A DNA stretch of 64,000 nucleotides from Candidatus Falkowbacteria bacterium RIFOXYD12_FULL_34_57 (GTDB taxonomy: Bacteria; Patescibacteriota; Patescibacteriia; Patescibacteriales; UBA12075): assembly GCA_001780285.1 (NCBI GenBank), contig MFGN01000017.1:37687-101686 (forward strand). The letters run 5' to 3'. Below, piece by piece: positions 10,195-19,767 of this stretch; the stretch's first letter is position 1, and each line of letters opens with the position of its first letter. A model generated the notes under the pieces. The model ran no database searches, was not told the origin of the DNA, and was given only the letters and a program-made list of their open reading frames with translations. Both the position numbers and the translations under genes were made by a program.

Positions 10195-10264
10195 GGTTAT
10201 TTCGCTTCGCGAAAGCCGCACTACTCCACCAGCTGGTGGATGCGGAACATGCGAATGATTAATA

Positions 10265-10930
10265 TTAATTAATTAATTTTGCTAAAAATATATCTTTAAT
10301 AATTTTTACTCCCCCAAAAAAATTTTGCCCAAAATCATAATAAATTACGGTTATGGGCACTTCTTTTATTTTAAAACCACCTTTAAATATCTTCGCAAGA
10401 ATCTCGCTACCATGAGCCATGCCGTCTTGTTCAATTGTTATTTCTTGAATCACTTTTTTAGATAGAACCCTAAACCCGCTTTGAGGATCTGTCATTTTTA
10501 CTCCGAATAAAACCCTATTAACAAATCTTGCTACGGGAAACAATAAATTTTTTTTAAACCAAGGAATGTTGGATTTTTTTCCTAAAAAACGCGAACCAAA
10601 AACTACATCATAACCTTCTTCAATGATTGGTTTAGTTGTTTCTTTTATGTCGCTGGCCACAAATTGTCCGTCAGCATCAAAATGCACTATTAACTCTGCC
10701 CCATTTTGTAATGCATATTCATTTCCGGTTTGCAAACTTGCTCCCTGACCACGATTAACCAAATGCTGCAACACAACAACTCCGGTATTTTTTGCCAAAA
10801 TAAAAGTATTATCTCTTGATGCATCATCCACCACCACCACCATATCAACAAATGGTTTTACATCTTCTATCACTTTTCTTATAGTATTCTCTTCATTGAA
10901 AGCTGGGATAATACAAAATATTTTAGGCAT
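10265..10930 (-). CDS. Glycosyltransferase family 2 (dolichyl/undecaprenyl-phosphate sugar synthase-like)
   Basis: N-terminal IIPAFNEE...VVVDDAS.DNT GT-A fold motifs (DxD), 221 aa. Confidence 0.8.
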   Translation of the reverse strand: MPKIFCIIPAFNEENTIRKVIEDVKPFVDMVVVVDDASRDNTFILAKNTGVVVLQHLVNRGQGASLQTGNEYALQNGAELIVHFDADGQFVASDIKETTKPIIEEGYDVVFGSRFLGKKSNIPWFKKNLLFPVARFVNRVLFGVKMTDPQSGFRVLSKKVIQEITIEQDGMAHGSEILAKIFKGGFKIKEVPITVIYYDFGQNFFGGVKIIKDIFLAKLIN

Positions 10931-11027
10931 ATATTTAGCTTATACTTGGCACTAAGAATAACTTAATAGAACTATTTTATGGTTTATAAAAATAATAAAA
11001 CACTACAAACTAAAAAATAAAAATTAT

Positions 11028-12038
11028 TTATGTTCTTTTTAGCCCCTTGCTTGCCCTGAGTTCATAAATTGTTTTTTTAAGTCCTTGTTCCAATGTTACA
11101 ACCGGCATCCACCCAATTTCCGTGCGTGCCATTCCGATATCAGGCAAACATAGAGGGGTTACAAAAAATTTTTCTTTTATAAATTCAATCTTTGATTCCG
11201 ATTCAAGTATAGTAATAATTTTTTGAGCCACATCTGTTAATTTTACCTCTATATCCGACCCAATATTAATAGGTGAATTTATATCTGAATCCATAATCTT
11301 TAAAACTGCGTCTATGCAATCATCAATATAACAAAAAGAAGAAGAAAAATTATTATCCCCGTAAACCTCCAAGTTTTTATCATCTATGGCATTGTTAACA
11401 AAATCAGGTATCATTTGTCCATCATTTAATTTCATTCTTGGTCCATAAATTCTAAATAAACGAACAATTTTGGTGTCGATATTATACTTTTTCCTAAAGT
11501 TTACAACCATTGTTTCGGAAAATCTTTTCCCTTCATCATAAGCGCTTCTTTCTGACATATTATCAACTATACCCAAGTCACTTTCAGATATTTTTTGGTT
11601 ATCTCCTCGTTTAGGCCCATAAACAACAGAGGAGGAAAAATGTAAAAATTTAGCTTCATATTTAATTGCTAAATCAAGGGCATTTTTCACGCCAAAAGAA
11701 TTTGTAAGCAAGGTTAAAATTTTATTTTTTTCAAAATCATTTGGCGATGTTGGACAGGCTAAATTATAAATTTCTTGGATTCCTTGAAATTGTATCTTAA
11801 ATTTTTGCAAATCCTGCAAGTTGTCTAAGTCAATGGGTTCATTTATGTCGTGGCGAATAAATTCAAAATCATTATCCGCTAATAAATGATCAATATTTTT
11901 TTCATCACCAGTAGAAAAATTATCAATACAGATAACCTTGGAGGTTTTAATTAATTCATCACATAGATGAGAGCCTATGAAACCAGCTCCACCAATTACA
12001 AGAACATTTTTTTTATCAAAAATTGCTTTTTTTGGCAT
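11028..12038 (-). CDS. NAD-dependent epimerase/dehydratase, UDP-glucuronate decarboxylase (UXS)-like
   Basis: Rossmann GGAGFIGSH, catalytic YDEGKR motif, UXS-like VYGDNNFSSSFCYIDD region. Confidence 0.7.
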   Translation of the reverse strand: MPKKAIFDKKNVLVIGGAGFIGSHLCDELIKTSKVICIDNFSTGDEKNIDHLLADNDFEFIRHDINEPIDLDNLQDLQKFKIQFQGIQEIYNLACPTSPNDFEKNKILTLLTNSFGVKNALDLAIKYEAKFLHFSSSVVYGPKRGDNQKISESDLGIVDNMSERSAYDEGKRFSETMVVNFRKKYNIDTKIVRLFRIYGPRMKLNDGQMIPDFVNNAIDDKNLEVYGDNNFSSSFCYIDDCIDAVLKIMDSDINSPINIGSDIEVKLTDVAQKIITILESESKIEFIKEKFFVTPLCLPDIGMARTEIGWMPVVTLEQGLKKTIYELRASKGLKRT

Positions 12039-12082
12039 ACTATATAAAAATCAAAATGCAAAATGTAAAAATCTCAACCCGA

Positions 12083-12103
12083 GGCTGATCCGTCTTCAAC
12101 GGA
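12083..12103. repeat. GC-rich hairpin motif GGCTGATCCGTC-loop-GACGGA (member of a 4-site family)
   Basis: tccgt/acgga stem with CTTCA loop preceded by GGCTGA; 35 bp upstream of the UXS-like gene start. Confidence 0.5.
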
Positions 12104-12171
12104 AAAATTTAAAATTATTTTTTAAATAATGTTTTTACTTCTGCAAAATAAATTATAAATAAATTATAAAA

Positions 12172-14388
12172 TTAATATTTAATACTTGAAACATTTACGC
12201 CCCCATCAAAATCTTCACTCCAGGCATAGAACGAACTTATTATTTTTCCATTTTTATTAAAAACTCTCACGTGCGGGGCTCCTCCCGGTCCGGCACCGGC
12301 AATTATCTCATCTATTCCGTCATAGTCCATATCAACTGCGGAAATATTAACTCCACCTTTAAATTTTTCTTTAAACGCAAAAAATTGAATTAACACTTTG
12401 GCATGATTATCAAATATTTTTACATGGGGGCCTCCTCCTTTGCCGGGGGCGGTAATAATCTCGCTTTTATGATTTCTTGTTTTTCCATTAATACTTCCCA
12501 CGGCCACATTAACCCCTCCTCTAAAATTTTTGTCATAAGCAAAAAACTCACCATCAAGATGTCCATTTTTTCTGAAAATTCTAACATGTGCCCCCCCTCC
12601 TTCTCCTGGTCCGGTAATGATTTCATCAATACCGTCTCCATCTACATCACCCGAGGCTATATTTACCCCTCCTTCAAAATCTTTATTATAAGCAAAAAAC
12701 TGACCTTCCAATTCTCCTTTCTCATTAAAAATTCTTATATGTGGCCCCCCTCCCGCTCCCGGTCCGGTAATGATTTCATTAATACCGTCTCCGTCCATAT
12801 CTCCAATTGCTACTTTTACTCCTCCTCGGAATTCCGGCCTATATGCAAGAAACTGCTTTTTAAAAACACCATTAACATCAAAAATCTTTACATAGGAAAC
12901 ACTCCCTACCCCAGCCCCAGTAATAATTTCATTAATACTGTCTCCATCTACATCACCCGATACCATGTTCACGCCACCTGTAAAATTTTCATCATAAGCA
13001 AAAAAACTACTTTTTATATTTCCCTTTTTATCAGCAATAAAAATATTACTTTCTTTTTTACTATACGGCGCAAACAAAATATCAACTGAATACTTCTTTA
13101 ACCTTTTTTCAGCTTCCAATGCAGAGTTGAAGACATTTAGACGCCCCTTACCCAATCTACCTAAAAAATCAGGATTTAATCTGTTAATATTATCAGAATT
13201 ATTAATCACAATATCTACAACCTCTTTTATGCTTAAACTTGGATTCAGGGCCTCAACTAAGGATATGGTAGCACTAACCATTGGGACAGCCATAGAAGTA
13301 CCAGACCAATATCCGTCATGATATTTATCAAATGGCATTTCTTTAAAATATTGATTCGGGCTATAAACAGAGGTGCTAAAAATACTAACCCCCGGGGCAG
13401 AAATATCAATACACTTAAAACCATAACCGGAAAATTTGGCTTTTTGATCAAGGGCATCCGTAGCTGCTACGCCAATAACCATGTTTTCACGATAATTTCC
13501 ATCGTGACACACTGGATACATAGGAACTTCATCCAAAAAATATCCCTGTTTTTCTTCATTTTCTTCGTTGCCGGCAGCTGCAACCATCACAACACCAGCC
13601 TTATAAGCTCTTCTTATGGCCGTTTCCAAACTTTTACTAAAACCGAAACCAACAAAACTAAAATTAATAATGTCTGCTCCATTTAAAATAGCATAGTCTA
13701 TAGCTTTTATAATATCTTTTGTATCCCCTTCTCCTTTATCATTTAAAGCTTTTAATGGTATTATCTTTGTATTCCAAGAGACACCGGTTATACCAGAGGC
13801 ATTATTACCCGAAGCTGCAGCAATGCCAGCAACAACGGTACCATGTATAATTCCATCCTGGGTATATCCTTCTTTAAACTTGGGTCGTGGATCGGCTAAA
13901 TTATTAACAAAATCCCAACCAAAAACATCATCTATAAACCCATTACGATCGTCATCAATACCATTATCCGGAATTTCTTTTTTGTTTTTCCAAATATTAT
14001 CCCGAAGATCCGGATGGTCTATCTGTACTCCTGTATCAATGATTGCGATAACAACACCAGAACTCTCCCTTACTGTATTCCAAGCCTCTGGGGCTTTTAT
14101 TTTTTTTAGATACCATTGATTATTAAAATAAGAGTCTGACGGAATAATAGCTGCGCGATAAATAAAGTTGGGTTCCGCATATTCAACACACTCCTTAGAG
14201 TTATAGTAATCCAATAAATCTTGATAATTCTCTTTATCTTTTATTTTTATTACCTCAATATTTTCTTTTTCTTTATATTTAATCAATATTTCATTAGTAG
14301 TCTCATTAGAAAAAGCACATGCTAATCCCGGCATGTATAAAAACCATCCAAAAATTAAAAATAATACTAAAAATAAAAATTTTTTCAT
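12172..14388 (-). CDS. Secreted subtilisin-like serine protease (S8) with C-terminal FG-GAP repeats
   Basis: Signal peptide; catalytic D (AIIDTGV), H (HGTVVAG) and S (GTSMAVPMV) motifs; C-terminal has 6 or more repeats of ...GDVDGDGIDEIITGPGAGGGPHIRIF (FG-GAP-like Ca-binding blades). Confidence 0.85.
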   Translation of the reverse strand: MKKFLFLVLFLIFGWFLYMPGLACAFSNETTNEILIKYKEKENIEVIKIKDKENYQDLLDYYNSKECVEYAEPNFIYRAAIIPSDSYFNNQWYLKKIKAPEAWNTVRESSGVVIAIIDTGVQIDHPDLRDNIWKNKKEIPDNGIDDDRNGFIDDVFGWDFVNNLADPRPKFKEGYTQDGIIHGTVVAGIAAASGNNASGITGVSWNTKIIPLKALNDKGEGDTKDIIKAIDYAILNGADIINFSFVGFGFSKSLETAIRRAYKAGVVMVAAAGNEENEEKQGYFLDEVPMYPVCHDGNYRENMVIGVAATDALDQKAKFSGYGFKCIDISAPGVSIFSTSVYSPNQYFKEMPFDKYHDGYWSGTSMAVPMVSATISLVEALNPSLSIKEVVDIVINNSDNINRLNPDFLGRLGKGRLNVFNSALEAEKRLKKYSVDILFAPYSKKESNIFIADKKGNIKSSFFAYDENFTGGVNMVSGDVDGDSINEIITGAGVGSVSYVKIFDVNGVFKKQFLAYRPEFRGGVKVAIGDMDGDGINEIITGPGAGGGPHIRIFNEKGELEGQFFAYNKDFEGGVNIASGDVDGDGIDEIITGPGEGGGAHVRIFRKNGHLDGEFFAYDKNFRGGVNVAVGSINGKTRNHKSEIITAPGKGGGPHVKIFDNHAKVLIQFFAFKEKFKGGVNISAVDMDYDGIDEIIAGAGPGGAPHVRVFNKNGKIISSFYAWSEDFDGGVNVSSIKY

Positions 14389-14481
14389 TCAAATTTTTAT
14401 CATTCTTACAGAAGATAAAACAATAATAAAATTTAGTCTAAACAACCTTATTATAACATAATTAAACCTTAAAATGCAAGA

Positions 14482-14607
14482 ATTTTTTATTATTTTTTAT
14501 TAAAGAAACAGCAAAAAAAGAAATAAAAAAGGCTAGTTATATCTAGCCATATGAAGATTAAACTTGAATTTTAGAAGCTGTTTCTTTAATAAAAAATAAT
14601 AAAAAAT
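14482..14607. repeat. 30-31 bp perfect inverted repeat flanking a 64-bp spacer that contains a nested palindrome
   Basis: Arm 14483-14512 ttttttattattttttattaaagaaacagc is the exact reverse complement of arm 14577-14606; inner palindrome ggctag-ttatat-ctagcc at 14531-14548. Confidence 0.85.
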
Positions 14608-14697
14608 AATTAAAACATATATTTCAACTGTTTAAAATTATTTTATTTTCAAAATTTATCTATTTATGTTTATTTTTAACATCCAAAGATAAAAGTT

Positions 14698-15978
14698 TTA
14701 ATCTAATATCATTTTTAAAGTCTCTTGTGCACATTTTTCCCAACTGAATTTTTCCACATTTCTATATCCTTTCGCTATCAAATCTTCCCTAAGGTTTTTA
14801 TCGATAATTATTTTTTCCAAAGAATCGGCCATAGATTTAATGTTGTGAGGATTAAAAAACAAAGCAGCCTCCCTGGCTATTTCCGGAATAGATGTCGTAT
14901 TGGAGGCTGCTATTGGAGTACCGCAAGCCATGGACTGCAACAAAGGAATTCCGAATCCTTCGTAATTAGAAGGAAACACGAAAGCAGAAGCGGCATTATA
15001 TAAATAAGGCATATCTTCTTCTATTAACCATCCGGACATAATAACATCGTTATTTAAATCAAATTCTTGTATTTGATACTTGATTTCATCATAACCATTA
15101 CCGGCATTTCCGGCTAGTACCAGCTTTTCTTTGATATTCTTGTTTTTTTCTTTTAAAACATAAAAAGCTTCTATCAGACGAGGAATATTTTTTTTCTTTT
15201 CTATTCTACCTACATAAAACAAATATGGCTGCGTAATACCATATTTGCTCAAAATATTTTCGACTTGTTTTTGGTCGTTAATATTTTTATATAAAGTTTT
15301 ATTATAACCGTTATAAATAACTTTGATTTTTTCAGAATCAGCCTTATAAAGATCCATTAAATCTTTTCTGGAAAAATTAGACACTGTAATTATTTTATAA
15401 GCATGTTTAAGGGCGTATTCCGTAGACCACCTTAAATAATCAATAGTATTAGCTCCGTATTTTCCCAAAGTGAATAATTTTACAAAAAAATTTAAAACTT
15501 TTTCCTTTGAATTTCCTTCCGGTCCTATCTTTTGCCCTTCATACAAGTGACATTCTTTTTCAAAACCAACATCATGAATAGTAACAATCGATCTTTTGGG
15601 ATGTATAATGGGCAGAGTGTGTGACGGCACAAACAAAACATCCGGCCTGTTAAAAATCATTTCCAGGCTCATCCTTCCTTGGGTCCAAAAACAAGAAAAA
15701 GGCCATTTTAAAATTTTGGCTTTAAAATTGTTGTGTGGACTTTTTATGATTTGATATCCTTTTTTATCGTATTCTGTTTTTTCACAACAACTTTCGTCTG
15801 CCATGTATTGTTCTCCAGTTAAATCAAGCAAGCCACCCCGCAAAGGCTGATCAGTATACAGGATATATTTATTTTTAGAGTCTAGTTTGGCAAACCATCG
15901 AATCAAATAGTAGGCATACCACTCTACCCCGCTTTTATGATGACGATTCGCTCTACTAGCATCAATGCCGATAACCAT
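14698..15978 (-). CDS. Glycosyltransferase family 4 (GT-B)
   Basis: C-terminal FVFPSNYEGFGIPLLQSMACGTPIAAS motif. Confidence 0.8.
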   Translation of the reverse strand: MVIGIDASRANRHHKSGVEWYAYYLIRWFAKLDSKNKYILYTDQPLRGGLLDLTGEQYMADESCCEKTEYDKKGYQIIKSPHNNFKAKILKWPFSCFWTQGRMSLEMIFNRPDVLFVPSHTLPIIHPKRSIVTIHDVGFEKECHLYEGQKIGPEGNSKEKVLNFFVKLFTLGKYGANTIDYLRWSTEYALKHAYKIITVSNFSRKDLMDLYKADSEKIKVIYNGYNKTLYKNINDQKQVENILSKYGITQPYLFYVGRIEKKKNIPRLIEAFYVLKEKNKNIKEKLVLAGNAGNGYDEIKYQIQEFDLNNDVIMSGWLIEEDMPYLYNAASAFVFPSNYEGFGIPLLQSMACGTPIAASNTTSIPEIAREAALFFNPHNIKSMADSLEKIIIDKNLREDLIAKGYRNVEKFSWEKCAQETLKMILD

Positions 15979-16047
15979 AAAAAATTTAAGTAAAATAAAC
16001 TATTATAAACTATTATTATATATATCATTTATTAGGCGATGTAATGA

Positions 16048-16734
16048 TTAATTTTCGTCTTTTAAAAAATAGATTTCTCGTGTCTGTGGTAGATTAAATT
16101 TCTTAATTAAATATTCGATCATTTTTTTAGTTAAGTTTATTCTATCTTCTAATTTAGAAAGATATGCCATTTCAAAAAACTTAAAAAAGTCCCTATCAAG
16201 TTCCTTTATTTTGGTTTCAATTTGGAATGGTTTAGGTAACCACGTGTTGTGCAGTTCGAAAAAAAGCTTAACTGCCTTATTGGTAATAACATTCCATTCA
16301 TAATGGGCGAGCTCACTTTTTTCTTTATTTAAAGTATATAGAAACATTGTACATAAATAACCCGCCTCCTTTTTGTCTTTTATTGGTCCGAGCGCCCAAA
16401 TTTTTTTAGCTTGTTTTTGAATTGCGCTCATCTGTCCTATTTTATCAAATACTATTTTACCATATGCTAGTATAAAAAGTTCAGCATTAGCGACCTTATT
16501 ACGATCAAAATCTTGTTTGATAATGACTTCTATGGTTGCACAACAAACATCAATTAATAAATCTTTGTAATAAAATATTTTATAATATGATTCTCCTTTT
16601 TCTATTAATACAGTAAAATCATAGTCACTTGTTTCTGTGTAATTTCCTTCAATTCTACTTCCTGCATAAATAATTCCAATACAATAAGGAATTCTCTTAA
16701 GTTTTTCAATTATCAAACTCTCGTCTTTGTTCAT
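16048..16734 (-). CDS. Nucleotidyltransferase-domain protein (Pol-beta superfamily minimal NTase with helical C-terminal domain, ANT/KNTase-like)
   Basis: GS...D.D motif AGSRIEGNYTETSDYDFTVLI near N-terminus; 228 aa. Confidence 0.5.
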   Translation of the reverse strand: MNKDESLIIEKLKRIPYCIGIIYAGSRIEGNYTETSDYDFTVLIEKGESYYKIFYYKDLLIDVCCATIEVIIKQDFDRNKVANAELFILAYGKIVFDKIGQMSAIQKQAKKIWALGPIKDKKEAGYLCTMFLYTLNKEKSELAHYEWNVITNKAVKLFFELHNTWLPKPFQIETKIKELDRDFFKFFEMAYLSKLEDRINLTKKMIEYLIKKFNLPQTREIYFLKDEN

Positions 16735-16812
16735 GTAAAAAATTAATTATTATTTCGTCTAGCGTGTGTATATATTACTTAATAGCGTTAATCTTTTTCT
16801 GTTTTAAAATTT

Positions 16813-17820
16813 CTATTTAGTAGCCAATATACTCCTCTTATAACTATCTAAATTCTCTAAAGCGATACCCGTACCCTTAGCCACGCATAACAGGGCTTCA
16901 TCGGCTACATAAACAGGCACTCCGGTTGTTCTAGAGATGAGTTGATCTATATTTCTTAAAAGCGAACTACCACCGGACAGAACCATACCTTTATCCATAA
17001 TATCCGCGGACAATTCCGGCGGAGTTTCATGCAGAACTTTTTTGGCAGAATTAATTATTGCTTCAAGCTCATGTTGCAGGGCCTCGGTTACATCGCTGCT
17101 GGTCACATTAATACTGCGGGGCAAGCCGGTTAAAATATCACGCCCCCTAATCTCCATACTCAATTTATCTTCCAAATAAAGCGCAGAGCCAATATTTATT
17201 TTAACATCCTCTGCCGTCCTTTCTCCGATAGCCAGATTATATCTCTTTCTTATGTGTTCAATAATTGCTATATCAAATTTATTGCCACCAACGCGTACAG
17301 AGGTAGAAGTTACAACACCACCCAGAGATATAACGGCCATTTCCGCGGTTCCCCCACCAATATCAATAATCATATGCCCAGAAGCGGAACCAATTGGAAT
17401 ATCGGCGCCAATAGCAGCGGCAACGGGTTCTTTGATAAGATAAGCCGCTTTAGCTCCAGCTGTAATTGTAGCATCAATTACAGCCCTCCTCTCAGTGGAT
17501 GATATTCCTGCGGGAACAGCCACCATAACCTCCGGACGAAATAAACGAACACTTCCCACGGCTTTATTAATAAAATATCTAAGCATAGCTTCTGTGGTCT
17601 TATAGTCGGCTATTACCCCGTCCTTTAAAGGTTTTACCGCGATAATAGAATCAGGTGTTCTGCCAAGCATATCCTTAGCCTCATTTCCAATAGCCAAAAT
17701 CTTTTTGTCGGTCATGGAAACAGCCACCACCGAAGGTTCATTAATAATAATACCCCTTTTGGGAAGATGAACCAAAGTATAAGTAGTTCCTAAATCAATT
17801 CCTATTCTTTTTATAAACAT
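16813..17820 (-). CDS. mreB: Rod shape-determining protein MreB
   Basis: Actin-fold phosphate motifs IGIDLGTTYT, DIGGGTAEMAV, full-length similarity. Confidence 0.9.
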   Translation of the reverse strand: MFIKRIGIDLGTTYTLVHLPKRGIIINEPSVVAVSMTDKKILAIGNEAKDMLGRTPDSIIAVKPLKDGVIADYKTTEAMLRYFINKAVGSVRLFRPEVMVAVPAGISSTERRAVIDATITAGAKAAYLIKEPVAAAIGADIPIGSASGHMIIDIGGGTAEMAVISLGGVVTSTSVRVGGNKFDIAIIEHIRKRYNLAIGERTAEDVKINIGSALYLEDKLSMEIRGRDILTGLPRSINVTSSDVTEALQHELEAIINSAKKVLHETPPELSADIMDKGMVLSGGSSLLRNIDQLISRTTGVPVYVADEALLCVAKGTGIALENLDSYKRSILATK

Positions 17821-17859
17821 ATAATGATAAACTCAAAGTTTAAAGTTTAAAACTTAAAA

Positions 17860-19404
17860 CTAAAAGTTAATTAAAAATTCTGAATCAGTTTTTAAAGTTT
17901 TTTCCCATTTAATATGGTTATTATCAAAATCAACAAAAAAACCTGTCGGTTCATATAATTTTATACTATCCAAGAAACTTAAGTCAACAGTTAATTTATC
18001 AATTTTTTTACCAGGTTGTTTTTGAATATAAAGCGAATAATCTCCTTTATTTTTTAATGTCTTTATTTTTTCCGGTAAAACATACGAACAAATTAAATTC
18101 TTTATTTCGTTTTTCTCTATTGGTAAAAAGAAACCAAATACTGTTTTTTCTGATTCTGTGTATATATCAATTTTACCTTCAATATTACAAGATTTAAATT
18201 CACTACCCACAGGAACATATATTCGTACATAAGAATTATAATCCTCGGGGGAAAGATTGACATAATTAATTTTTAAATTAACGAAAAATTCATTATTTTC
18301 TTCTTTTAAATCATAATAAATCTCTTCTTTTGTTGTAAAGTTTTTATTTTTATCAAGGCTGGAATCTACCACCATCAGATAATCTCCATCTGAGTTCCTT
18401 ATTTCTCCATCATAATTCAAAACTTTAGCGATATTCTCGACTGCCTGATTATTAAAATAAAATAAAATATTTTTTAGTTCAATGTTTTTATAAAATATAT
18501 CTCTTAAATTTTGCGTCCCCTGCTCTGTTAAATTTTTGTATACTTTTATAATTAATTCTGAAATATTTTTTTTATTTTCATCCTTTAAAATATCTCTAAA
18601 ATTTTCATAATTTATTTTCTCGCCATACACACTTACTTCTCCCGTTTCTTTTAATAAATCCCTTAACATATTTAAATTAAAAGCAATAACTCCATCTAAG
18701 TTTTTATTATAGTTCTTGTTAGTAGAAGAAGAATTTTCAAAAAACCATTTAAATTTTTGTGCCGACTTGGGCCAACTTGGATCCCAATTAGAGTCACTAG
18801 GGAGCCAGGTGGTGGCATTAGCATATTCAATCATTGGTTTGGGTGGTATTTCGGTCAGTGCTATAGCGGAAAGATTATCTAAATCAAGCATGCTGTGGGT
18901 GCTAAATTTTTTAACTTGGCCATTGTTAATTTCCAGGATGCCATAAGCCTGAAAATATCCACCCGTGGGTTTTATAATTTCATTATCTTGAAACAAAATC
19001 AAAAAATTTGATTTTTCTCCATAACCCAACAATTCTGACAAAAATTTAGATTTTCCTCCAAATTTCTCTGAAAACTCCAACAAACTTTCAGCTTGTTTTT
19101 TTAAATGGTAAAATTCAATTTCAAGTGGGTAGAATGTTTTAAGTAAATTATAATTAAAGCTGTAAATATCAAAATCAGGATTGGTTTCTTCAAGTGGAAT
19201 AATATTCTTGTTATAAAAAATGTTTTCGAAATTAAGCTCGCGTACCGCTATTTCCATTGCGGTGTTGTTTAAAATTCTTGCTAAGTTTATCAAATTAGAA
19301 AAATTTTTAATCTGTGCAAATAAATAATCAAAATACTGAATATGAATATTGTTTTCATATTTTTCCATCCTTGCAGAAACATCTTCTATGTCCCTCTCGG
19401 CCAT
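17860..19404 (-). CDS. Large extracytoplasmic protein of unknown function; frame stays open about 88 codons upstream (to 19668) and encodes a signal-anchor TM helix but has no canonical start
   Basis: The track ORF starts at MAERD. Translating upstream in frame gives ...KFLKKFPFFRYFGIAIIVLFFILIALFAVYYVDLKN... with no ATG/GTG/TTG before the stop at 19669-19671. Confidence 0.5.
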   Translation of the reverse strand: MAERDIEDVSARMEKYENNIHIQYFDYLFAQIKNFSNLINLARILNNTAMEIAVRELNFENIFYNKNIIPLEETNPDFDIYSFNYNLLKTFYPLEIEFYHLKKQAESLLEFSEKFGGKSKFLSELLGYGEKSNFLILFQDNEIIKPTGGYFQAYGILEINNGQVKKFSTHSMLDLDNLSAIALTEIPPKPMIEYANATTWLPSDSNWDPSWPKSAQKFKWFFENSSSTNKNYNKNLDGVIAFNLNMLRDLLKETGEVSVYGEKINYENFRDILKDENKKNISELIIKVYKNLTEQGTQNLRDIFYKNIELKNILFYFNNQAVENIAKVLNYDGEIRNSDGDYLMVVDSSLDKNKNFTTKEEIYYDLKEENNEFFVNLKINYVNLSPEDYNSYVRIYVPVGSEFKSCNIEGKIDIYTESEKTVFGFFLPIEKNEIKNLICSYVLPEKIKTLKNKGDYSLYIQKQPGKKIDKLTVDLSFLDSIKLYEPTGFFVDFDNNHIKWEKTLKTDSEFLINF

Positions 19405-19767
19405 CTTTGATAAATTATATGCGCGCGCATAATCTTTGTCTTTTATTAAATCTATGGATAAATCAATTTTTTCCCTAGAAAAAACAAAATTTTTATAAAT
19501 ATTTTTTAAATCAACATAATAAACCGCAAAAAGTGCAATTAAAATAAAAAATAAAACAATTATCGCGATTCCAAAATATCTAAAAAATGGAAATTTTTTT
19601 AAAAATTTCCTAAAAATAGAACTGTGTTTCTTTTTTCTAAAATTTCCAATTAAATCTATATATTTAATTTAATATTTAATGGATATATTATACCAAAAAA
19701 TAAAGAAAAATTCAATAAATAAAAATAACCATTAAACAATATCACAATTGTCTTAATTTAAAAAATT

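Noticed and set aside
12403-13089. 228-aa plus-strand ORF antisense to the S8 protease FG-GAP repeats
   Set aside because: The open frame is an artefact of the Gly/Asp-rich repeat codons on the opposite strand
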